Origin: Antedon mediterranea
Lineage: Eukaryota; Animalia; Echinodermata
Assembly (NCBI RefSeq): GCF_964355755.1
Contig: NC_092670.1
Location: 19,702,795 to 19,766,794 of the forward strand
Direction: 5' to 3'
Length of the DNA stretch: 64,000 nucleotides
Part shown: piece after piece, positions 1-11,100 of the stretch
Position numbering within the stretch: position 1 is the stretch's first letter
Layout of the letters: every line of letters starts with the position of its first letter
Notes under the pieces: generated by a model
Database searches by the model: none
What the model was told of the DNA's origin: nothing
What the model saw: only the letters and a program-made list of their open reading frames with translations
Translations under genes and position numbers: made by a program

Positions 1-285
1 ACTGACGGTTAAAAAACTCCAAATATTTACGAAAACAACGTAACATCGTCGTCGCTGACTCGGATTCACTACATTCACAATGTACAAAAGCTTTTAACCA
101 TACCCTCACCATGCATGAAGTGCGCGACGTTTCGCGGTACGATCAAATAATGTTGCCATGGAGCACTACACCGTGATTGACAGGTCAGTTCATTGTTAAC
201 CCACGAGGCGGCAATTGCTTTGTTGCGTATCGAACTGCGGTGGGCTTTTTCACATCGAAGCGCTATGTCTGTCTATTGTTTTTAG

Positions 286-309
286 CAGGGAGTTGTTAAC
301 AACTCCCTG
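286..309. other. 24-bp perfect palindrome CAGGGAGTTGTTAACAACTCCCTG
   Basis: Self-reverse-complementary; flanked by TTTTTAG / TTTTTTAG. Confidence 0.7.
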
Positions 310-419
310 TTTTTTAGCATATGAATTGTTTTTTAATAAAGTTAAATTTACATTCCTGTGTCTTTGTTTTGTTTAAATTATTGTTAAATTCACAATTGCA
401 ATAGGACTTTAAAAAGGAA

Positions 420-1118
420 TGTTTCACTAAAAACGGGACTAAAAATGTGCATCATTATAAATTTGGAAATCATTATGGCAAAACGTAAACGGAATGAACT
501 TGACTTAACTAGTGTTAATAAACTTTGAAATGTTACCAATTAATTATTGTGTCATTATTGCTTGGCTCGTTTACCTAATAAATTTTCATCATTGCTATCA
601 AATTACGTCAAAATAAAGGAGCTTAAAAAACATGTGGTCTAGGTGTGGGCGTTTTTATTTGATTATGACACCTCTGCACATGCGCATCAATCAAAGCCCT
701 TCACCCATGCTGCTGCTGCTAGCTAGCTCACGAAAAACAATAAACAGACCGAAATTATGTTCACCGTACGTACGTACGTAGGCCTTTTTGCCGTTAAAAA
801 CACATTGAGAAACAATAATTTACTATTGTAACATGTTTTATTGGTACAGTAAATAATGTAACTTTTAAAAAAGGTAAATTGAATTACTGTAGCTTAATAT
901 TAATAAAGTAGGCCTAGGCCTATCAGTATTTATTTAATTAAAACTAGATTGACACAATCATAGCCTAGCCTAGGCCTTCCCTACGCTAGGAGACCGTACC
1001 GGGCAGCATTCGGTGACAACGTGATGACTTTAAAAATATGTTTTCAGGAAACCGGACTTTCGAAAAACCGGAAAATATATGCCCGCCCAAGGGTGTCCGG
1101 TATTGGGAGAGTTGACTG
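420..1118 (+). mobile_element. Possible pogo/Tigger-like non-autonomous element, right part
   Basis: Ends GTCCGGTATTGGGAGAGTTGACTG|TA, typical of pogo-type TIRs; short MAKRKRNELDL remnant at 475. Left end not identified. Confidence 0.35.
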
Positions 1119-1127
1119 TACTTACTA

Positions 1128-1250
1128 TAGTAAAACCTCTATTAAGGGGACACTTTTGAGACCAAACAAAATGTCCCCTTAATAGTGGCTGTCCATAGTC
1201 TTAAAACATTATTTCCACTTATTTGTTTCACTGGAAAGGACATTTTCTGT
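1128..1250. mobile_element. Tc1/pogo-like MITE fragment, same family
   Basis: TAGTAAAACCTCTATTAAGGGGACA ... TGTCCCCTTAATAG internal inverted repeat. Confidence 0.5.
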
Positions 1251-1662
1251 AAAGGTGTTATTTTAGTTATTTTGTTTTAGTTGTATATTTACTTCTTAAA
1301 TACTTGCTTGGAACACCACCATGCTTTAAAAGCGAAAAAACGAACAGTGCTCTAAAAAGGATTAAATATTTCTTTCATTTTATAATACTGTTATTAAGTG
1401 AAGGAGTGTAATAGGATTTCCTGTAGATTAAATGTCGTCCTTCCAAATGTAGTGTAGTATATATTATGTGCTATCAGCTATATTAGAGGAAAGCATGGAT
1501 AGGTTAGGTACGGGGCAAAAGACGAAAGAGAAAGTTGATGACGGAAGGGCTTTCTCCCTAACTAAACAGTCTATGTAGAGATGGGAATATAACACCAAAC
1601 AATCTGGTGATATACTGAAAATTAATGCCAAAATTATTAAGAATGATAAAAAGCCACCCCAC

Positions 1663-1682
1663 TATATATATATATATATATA
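1663..1682 (+). repeat. (TA)n microsatellite
   Basis: Direct reading. Confidence 0.85.
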
Positions 1683-1974
1683 AATATGCAGCCATTATTT
1701 ATATATTATTATCCTATCATTGACCAAGGGCTTCTTTCATCCAGTACCCACCTTGACCAGAGAAGAGGCATATGCCAATACGTCTGAGGGGCTGCCATAA
1801 GAGTCAGTAGTGCTGATTTCAAATGCCTTTATATGGAAATTATATACAATACCCGATATACCCAGATAAGATGGTCTTCTATCCAAGCTATAACCAGGCC
1901 CAATGGTGTTTCAACGTGGTAAGGCCATAATTTGTAGCCATAAAGAAACTAAAAACTACCCAATGATATACAAT

Positions 1975-2075
1975 GAAGATAAAGAGAATCTGTGAGAACG
2001 AAAATAAACTTGCCCAACTGAGATTCGAATCCAAAATCATCTGCTTGACACCCTACCATTAGACCATTGGGGCTT
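1975..2075 (-). mobile_element. Decayed tRNA-SINE copy (second family)
   Basis: GGTCTAATGGTAGG and GGATTCGAATC boxes; shares AATCTGTGAGAA with the ~47965 copy. Confidence 0.45.
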
Positions 2076-2139
2076 TTGTGCTATATATAATATTATAATT
2101 TTAAAAGTAGTGGGTTATGATTTCCGGAAGATAAAACCA

Positions 2140-2199
2140 TCAAACGAACCATGTAGTCCTTCCAAATCCCTGTGCAATGTTACGCAATATTGTCCGACT
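2140..2199 (-). CDS. RUN-PDZ-PTB gene terminal exon 15 (SRTILRNIAQGFGRTTWFV*)
   Basis: Acceptor tttttatag, phase 0; PTB C-terminal helix pattern (I...I.Q.F) followed by TGA. Confidence 0.8.
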   Translation of the reverse strand, partial: SRTILRNIAQGFGRTTWFV

Positions 2200-5100
2200 C
2201 TATAAAAAGTAAAATATGTTAATTATGTATTAGCTATTGCAAAGAAGGCTATCTGTAATATCTATACTCTGATAAGTTATGAAATTGAAATAAACAAGAT
2301 CTGGATTTTACAACATAATTGGTAGCACTGATAATGCAAGTATTTTACCTATGCATATAAATTACTTAGGTTGAATAACTTTTATTTTTCATCTCACAAA
2401 AAAACCTTATACAATCATTTTATGTGTAAAAGTAATACTGTAGCATATTATTATGTTGACACCTTTAGAACAAGGTTGTCCATTGTCTCCTGAATAAGGA
2501 TTGATCATAGTGTTTGGTCAACATTTATTGTCCCTTGTTCGTTTGTACAGGAAAGAAAAGCAACATTTCAAATGCAGAAAAAAGAAAGATTTAAACTTGG
2601 ATCCACAAAGCTTATCCTCTTTTTCTGGAACGAATCAGCGTGTGACCTCCCACTGTGACCTCCATTATAGGATACTCCTAGCCTGATATTTCTCTTTATA
2701 CACACCTTTCTAGAAAACACCCACAAATGATGATGTATAACACCGTAATGTATTCCAACCAATTACATCATTGTTAATTAAAGTTAATGCCTAAACAAGC
2801 GATAGCCTTTAGAAAGTTTCAATTTTCTAAGCAGAACCTTTCGCATGAATTAAAGGAGACATTTAATTGATAATAAATAATCTAGTTTACATAGAAAAAA
2901 ACGTATATACTCGTTTCCAATAAACGCCTCTTCAAAAGCAATAACTGTCAATCGATAATTTAATTTTCCAAAAAAATTATGCAAAATCATTTCAATAGTA
3001 TGGGGACATTCCAGGATAACTCAGTTAATACTGATTCCTAACATGTTTTTAATGGCTGTTCAGCAGGATTTGACACGGCTTCGGAGGCCAAAGTTGACAC
3101 AGCAAATTTGCATACACACTGGACTTACGTAGTTTAGTAGTGATCCTTCAGATATAAAACAAAGCATTTTCTTAGAGAATTCTATGCAAATCATGCTACT
3201 TTCATACAAAAATTGTTATCTGATATATAACCCCCATTTATTTTCCAAAGTAGAACGATCATCATGAAGTCCTTCTTTAAAAATTGGTGCTTACTATTTT
3301 GCTTAAGCGAAAAAAAGTTGGTTCATTATCAATTTTGTTTTATATGTAAGCTTGAACAAGGTCATGTAGAATAAAATGCTCAATGCAAGGCAGAATAAAT
3401 ATACATGTCTTTCTATTCTGAAAATAGAAATATTTATTTCTATTCTGCTTTTTTACAACAAAAACAATAGAAATTTCAAATCAAGAATTACCCTTTAAGA
3501 TCAAGATTTTAGCATATACAGCAGTATGTGAATAACAAACATTGGATAAACTTTGACAAACATGATTTGTTTTTAAATGCAGGAATTAAGACAATGCAGG
3601 GTAATTAAACATCAGCATGTATGACGTTCCTCTACAGGCATGTACGCACACTTCATAGATCAATTAAAGAAGATGAACAACAAACAAATGTAAATTTAAT
3701 AAAATACGGTCAAGATATAAACGTGATTGCACGATTGTTTTCGTAGTTATAATGTACACAGTACTATTTTATTAAAATAAATAATTGCCATTAGTATTTA
3801 AATTAAAAAAAAAAAATTATTGTGTTATTTTTTTTTTTTAATATGATCAATCTATGTAAAAATCTTTTAAATTTTATAATTGTTTTAAATGTATTGTAAA
3901 TTGTTACTATGTAATTTTTGTTTAAAATTTAAATTAAGAAGTTGCAATGTTTTCTTTTTGTATTCAGTTAATATTGTTTTTTTATTTTAAAATGTTGTCA
4001 GTATGTAAAAATGAATGAACTGAAATGTACATAAAGAATTTGATGTCATTCTGAGCAAGTTTGTATGTCCTGTAGTTTAATACAGCTTTAATGCCATAGA
4101 AAGCATATTTTTTACTCATATATTTATAATAATATCATAAGAATGTTTGAGATTAACTATCAAAATACCATAAAAGCTCTATTGCATGCCATAAAAAAGG
4201 TGAGTCCCGTGTTCTCTGAACGTAGGGGAATGAGCTGTTAGGAGCTCATTGTACTAAGCCTCGGCATTATGTGGTAGGGTGGCCAGTTCCTTTCCACGCC
4301 GTCTTTTTTCTCCCTAGTATTTTCAACCAGGTACTCATTTACAGCTGAGTGGACTGGGAGTTGTCGGGAATTGAACCCGGGTCTATCTGTATGACAGTCA
4401 AGTGTCCTAACCACTCGGTATCCAACTCCTGCATGCCATAGTTTAGCAAAATTACCATGATTTAGAAATTATTTTCATTCTTATTCTTTGACCAGAGCAT
4501 GACCCGAAATGCTGATTAAAATAGAAATAAATTTATAGTAAATGCAAGTATGGATGTAATTTTTATGTACTCATCCTTATGCACTGATCTCATAAAATTG
4601 TACCTTTTTTCAAATACTGTATGCAAGCAAGCAAGACAGAATTTGTCATGAGACAAAAAAGGAGAGTATATAAAAATAAAATTAAGATTTATATTGTAAA
4701 GTACTGTATAAAGTTTTTAAGTATATCTTTCAGGAATCAATTATGAAATTAATTAAACAAAAAAATGTTTTCATCTAGTTAAATTTTTTGGTTATTATTT
4801 TACTCTTTTTTCTTTTATGTATATCTCTAAAAATAAATTATTAAACAATAGACAAAAAGGGCAGTATATGAAAAATAAAATAAAGATTTATATTGTAAAG
4901 TATAAAGTTTTTAAGTATATCTTTCAAAAAGAAATTATGAAATTAATTAAATTAAAACAATTTTTGTTATCACCTAGTTGTTTGGTTAATTTACTTTATC
5001 TTTGTATAGAATAGTATGAATTTGTCTTTTATGAATAGCTAAGAAATAAATTATTAAATAATGGTAATTTTTTCTACATTGCATTCTTAAAATCTTCTTT

Positions 5101-8100
5101 TTTCGTTGTATATTATAGTATGAATTTGTTTTTTGGGTATATCTTCAGAAACAACATATATTAAATTATATGGAAAATTTTTCTACAACTTTCCAAATAA
5201 TATTTTTTTTGGGTCATTTTCTTTATTTTCTATTCGCACCATTTCAATAAGCATGGTACAAATAATAGCTTACATAACTTTTCTCATTAAGCACACATCG
5301 TAATTTGCTAAATCATTTCATTGATAAAATATGACACATTTCCATATGTTTTTCTGTTGATCCTTGTTATCTTTCACATCTCCAGTTTCTCTTGCAATGG
5401 ACCCCATTGGAAATAAATTGACATGTCGATTTTATGGGTCGTCCTTGCATCCATTCACTTTGCTTTTATTCAATTTTAATATTCCAATTGTTTGTATTTT
5501 TTCTTTGTTATGTATTTTAAATGTATTGTTGAATGGATGCTAAATGAATAAATAAAAAAATGAAATGAAATAGATAATTAGAAATAATATAAATATTTAT
5601 GCCAGTTCAAGTCCCAATAATCACCAAATGAATACTAGTAAAACTTAGGCCTGATGTTATTGCCTCTCTGAGGCATGTTTAACTGAAATCCTGTGTTTGA
5701 GTGGTTCGCTAATTAAAAATCCATTAATTCAAGTTGTTCATTGTAAGGTTAATTACCCTGGACACTTAAATAGTTAATATAGTATCTGTATTAATTTAGC
5801 AATACCATTTATTATTATGATATGCGACTGTATGCATTGTACACCATGCCTTTTAACGTTCTGAAAATTAGTAAAACGTAACATTAAAATTTTCATTTTA
5901 CAAACTCGAAGACAATACACATTTGGCGATTGAATAATGTGAAAATATAGATGAACATAAAATAATTAGTTGGGTGGTTGCCATGCCAACATATCATTAG
6001 AAGTATTCAATCTTGTCTTTGTGCATTTCGCTTGTCTTAAAGGTTATAGGTCAATTAACAATAATTTATGAAATGAGACATTGTAATATTCATGCAAAAG
6101 ACAAAACAATTGGTATACTGTAGAAACTCTAGGCTCTACTGCAGGTAGTACATTAATTTCACAGCAGGTAGTGCAGTAACTCTACTGCAGGTAGTGCAGT
6201 AACTCTACAGCAGGTAGTGCAGTAACTCCACTGCAGGTAGTGCAGTAACTCTACAGCAGGTAGGGCAGTAACTCTACAGCAGGTAGTGCAGAAACTCTAC
6301 TGCAGGTAGTGCAGTAACTCTACCGCAGGTAGTGCAGTAACTCTACAGCAGGTAGAGCAGTAACTCTACAGCAGGTAGTGCAGTAACTCTACTACAGGTA
6401 GTGCAGTAACTCTACCGCAGGTAGTGCAGTAACTCTACAGCAGGTAGAGCAGTAACTCTACAGCAGGTAGTGCAGTAACTCTACTACAGGTAGTGCAGTA
6501 ACTCTACCGCAGGTAGTGCAGTAACTCTACAGCAGGTAGAGCAGTATCTCTACAGCAGGTAGTGCAGTAACTCTACTACAGGTAGTGCAGTAACTCTACC
6601 GCAGGTAGTGCAGTAACTCTACAGCAGGTAATGCATTAACTCTACTATTAGGTAGTGCAGTAATTTTACTTTTAATTTTTTGCATTAGCTCAATATTTCA
6701 AAGTTATTTCGAGAACTTGTCAAATTGCAGTGGTTTTAGAATAACAAATTACTGCAGTAAAATCCATGGATGCGCAAAAAATAAATGCCTTTTGAAGAAA
6801 TAATAAGACCACCATTCATCAACCAAGAAAACATAATTCCAAAAGTGTATGACGACAAATCAATTTACTTCATTCATAAGTAGCGATTTATATCACTATT
6901 TAAAACAGACTTATGCTCTTAATTCCAGGTTTTAGGTTAACAATAGTCTTTTATGGCTACTAGCTAGATCATGATATATTGGTTGGAAGTCAGTTTACTA
7001 CAAGCAACCACATCTAAACGCCACTTAAACTACAAATTGGTCTTCGCTGGAAAGGTCGGAATACTATCAACAGAATTAAACATTAGAAATAACTACTAAG
7101 TTTGCATAAAATTGACTGGATATATGTGTCAGAAAAAAAGGTATATTGAGAAATAGGTAATGTATTCTACAACCTTTTAACAAATGTAAATGCAACCACA
7201 TACAAAAAATTCCATTTCAATTTCCCACTAGACGGTTAACTGCTCAGTCAATTCAGACACAATTATATTCTCCGATTTTAAAAAATCCGCAGAATAATTT
7301 AAGAAAAAAATTAAAAATAGCTCCAAACAACAAGATAGATATATTCGACGTTTAAGAACATTTTCAATAAAGAAAACATTTTTTTTAAATTGATAATCCA
7401 AAAGGAGCATGTGTCCTACAGAAGAGGTGTATATGACAAAATTTTACTAATTATCCAACTCTCTTTTTCTTACATTTACAATGAAAAAAAATTAAGAATG
7501 CATTATACAATAATGTGGTTTGGTTCATGGAACTTAATGTCTTGATTGATTGCAAAACAAAAAATAAAAAAAAATGTGTTGAGAATCAACATCTGTAATA
7601 CAATAATTACCTGATAGTAAGTCAGATAGGTGAGGTTTATCATCTAAATGGCTCGGCGAGTATAAGTAGAGATAAACATATTAGATAAGAGCTGTCTCTC
7701 TAGTCATTAGTTACAAGATCTATTTCTATCCTAATTTAGTCAGCTTCGTAAGTCAGGTAGAAGAGGTGCTTTAAGAGTTCACATAAACGGCCATAGCTTG
7801 AGCTTGAGAAAGTCACATGATCTTTCTTTTAAATGCACTAATTAAATTCAATTTACCATGGACAGAATTATCATTTGGTGCTAAATTTGTATAGGAAATT
7901 TTTCCAAACCTTATATCAACAAAAACTTGGAAAAATATGCAACTTTTGCAACACATTTAGAAAGAAATTGAATTTATTTTTAGGGCTCAAAATCTAAGAA
8001 ATACTCCCTCTCCCATTAAAAATGTTTTCGATCAATAACAGTATACAATGAGACACCTTAAGGACAGCAGCCTGACGCCAGTGGGACACCTTAAGGACAG

Positions 8101-11100
8101 CAGTCTGACACCAGTGGGACACCTTAAAGACAGCAGCCCGACACCAGTGGGACACCTTAAAAGGACAGCAGCCAGACACCAGTAAGACACCTTAAAAGGA
8201 CAGCAGCCCAACACCAGTGGTACACCTTAAAAGGATAGCAGCCCGACACCAGTGGGACACCTTAAGTACAGCAGCTCAACACCAGTGGGACACCTCAAAA
8301 GAACAGTAGCCCGACACTAGTGGGACACCTTAAAAGTACAGCTGCCCAACACCAGTGGGACACCTTAAGGACAGCAGCCCGGCACCAGTGGGACAACTTT
8401 CTGACCAGACGTGTTCATTAAAAAAAATTAGTAGTAGTGTTAAACATATATTTATTTCCCCTAGTTTATTTCACAGGAAAGAGTCCCCTTAATAGGGGTG
8501 TCCTCTAAACAGGGCTGTTCCAAACGAGGCGGGTCTATTATATAATAATATTAGCTTGGTTAAGTCAGTATGATTGCCTAGCAAACTTAACTACCCATCC
8601 AGCTTTGCATTTGCAAACACATGCAAATAATTCTGAGAATATTTTGCTGTAGAAAGATCAAAACGATTCATAAATTCAGCCTGGCAAAGGTTAACTTAGA
8701 ACATTGGATACAAGAGATAATTGGTTAGCAAGGTTATTTAATGCCTCTGATATTTAAGTAAGGATATATTTTTTGATTATCTCACATTTTAAAGTATCCC
8801 GAGTGACTTTAATCTAGTTTAACCCAATTTTACCTATCGTCAACAAAGACAGAATAGTAGCTACCAATCATAATTATATTCCCTTTCCTCATCAGTCTCC
8901 AATTTAAATACCTTTTTTTTTGTATTTCAGCCTTCTTTTAATTTATGAAAGGATGAGATCTTTCTCTAAACTAAGTACTGTTATGAGGTGTAGATAGTCG
9001 AGCTGGTTGGTAAGGGATATTCATAACATAAAAAAAAAACTGATAGAATTGTGTATATGCAATGCAATCAAGCAGTGCCGTAGCCAGGATATTAAAGTGA
9101 CACGGTGGTCGTAAAAAAGTCACAGGGAGGAGGAGGTCAGGTTGAAATTTACTAACGTACTGGTGGCACGGCACTGTTATGTCATGTGACAATAGTGAAC
9201 TATTAGTTTTTATGGAAAATACATTTAAACATTTACTTAATACAAAATTGTAGGATATTACAAGCTACTGTATTGTATTTCATTTAGGCTTCTCCACTTT
9301 GTTTAAGTTATTACTTAAGAGAAATAAAAGAAATGAAATATATTATATTCTACTATGGAATCAGCAGTTTCTTTTTAAATAATTATCCAATATGTAAACA
9401 CAATCATTACATTTTGACAAAATACACAGGTTATAGTTTTAACATACACAAACGAAAAAGAACATTTATCAATGACGGTTATTTGACTCTTATAAAAAAA
9501 CTAATATATTTGAATGTAGAATAAGAAAAGCCTTTGGGTCTTGGAGAATCAATCACTTCAGAATTTGTCAAAGCATCCTACATTACATTAAAGAACTCCT
9601 ACGAGTTCAAGATCTGTTTGTGTGCTTATTACGTTCTTAGTGTTTGATCCTTTTAATGGGATGTAAAAACATTGGTTCTATGGACATACACAAGAACATG
9701 GCACCAAATACAACTGTGTATGTAATGCATAACAGTATAAAATATGTTTTAGATGTGTTCCCATTGTTCAATGCTTGTACGAGTGGATTGGTATTTGTGA
9801 AGAGGTAATTTGCATATCAATTAGCAGGTGTTACATTTCAATTTTTTTTGTGTCTCACTCTCCCTACTACGGACCGGCGAGCAAGGAGGAGGTATTGTTC
9901 CTATAGCATATACTATGTTGTTTTTTTAACTTAGTTTGTATATTCTGTATATGTACATAGCAGAAAGAATAATAGTGATATATATAATAGTTACGGAGCC
10001 AAATCAGAAGATACTGATGAGATTTGAACACAACACATGTTCTCACAACACACAGTAATAGTGGGTAAGTAACAACTCACTATAAATATGCATGTACTAC
10101 AGGATATCATTGTTAGGGTTAATTTCTGAATGAAGTAATAACTCATTGTCATCATACATGAGAATATTGAACAGCATTATAGAAATACTGTACTAAGAAA
10201 GAACTGTATTACTTAACAAAGTGGAGGACACTGTCTCTGGGTTTGCTATTATCTGCCACAAGCTAGAAAATGACTAAAATACCTGGTGATCAGTAACGTT
10301 TCTATCTATATATTTATTCATTCCACATAAGCAGCATGAACTTTTCACTTATTATATATAACAAATTATCCTGTCAGCTAACTATAATAAAAGGTTAATT
10401 TGCAGGCCTGCCTTAAAGGGCTTACTACTGTGCCATACACATCTGTGTATTGATGGATATCGGTGCATAAAAACTACACACAAGTATGATTATTAATACA
10501 ATATTAATTATTGTACTGTTTTTTTTCCCCTCCCAAGTCATTCTAATATCAATAATACATGGGCTGTTTCTGACAATTTACAGATATTACTAATAATCTA
10601 CAATTTATTTATGGCATTCATTTATCAGTATTATTGTCATATGTACACCAGATTCTTCCCTTGCTAGTTAAAATGATCTACTTCAGTTAATTTGGGAACA
10701 TAGTAATTAATCCATTATTTATTTTCCGATTCGGTAATTTCCAATGTTCATTTTTCACTGAGGGCATTACCACTGATGAAAAAAAAGCTTGGTTTGTTCG
10801 ACAAAAAGTATTTTCAATTGTTATAACATTAACAGGTATTTTTAGTTTTTTTAAAAACTATAATTTGTGTTGAAAGAATTTCATTTAGCTTCGATTTTGT
10901 ATAGATGACAAATTTCGTTTTTGTAAAAGCACAAGTTAACGGAGTACTTACTCGAACGTTTCGATCTCTATCAGAGATCCTTCTCAACTGACTGCGGAGT
11001 GTTAATGCAGCTTGGTCATTCTTGACGTCATCTGTTGATGACGTTGTACGCCTCCGGTTGTAGGTTGGAGGTTGTGCGGGGCTCGGCCAGGTGATGTGTC

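Noticed and set aside
2849-3500. Possible Kolobok-like element with TTAAAGG...CCTTTAA ends
   Set aside because: Candidate TIRs do not match well enough to define boundaries.
4358-4429. tRNA-Asp gene
   Set aside because: D and anticodon stems pair poorly, and the head continues into a SINE body bounded by a TSD.
7600-7820. Possible second Penelope pLTR remnant (TTGAGAAAG)
   Set aside because: No stem II or GAAA follows, and there is no coding remnant.
7994-8214. Cys-rich repetitive ORFs
   Set aside because: Translations of the 33-bp tandem array.
6134-8395. Regular 23-bp and 33/35-bp repeats as possible CRISPR arrays
   Set aside because: Units are head-to-tail with no unique spacers, the context is a eukaryotic intron, and there are no cas genes.
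9073-9176. hAT-like MITE (CAGTGCCGT...ACGGCACTG)
   Set aside because: Only a 9-bp TIR and no 8-bp TSD; too weak to call.
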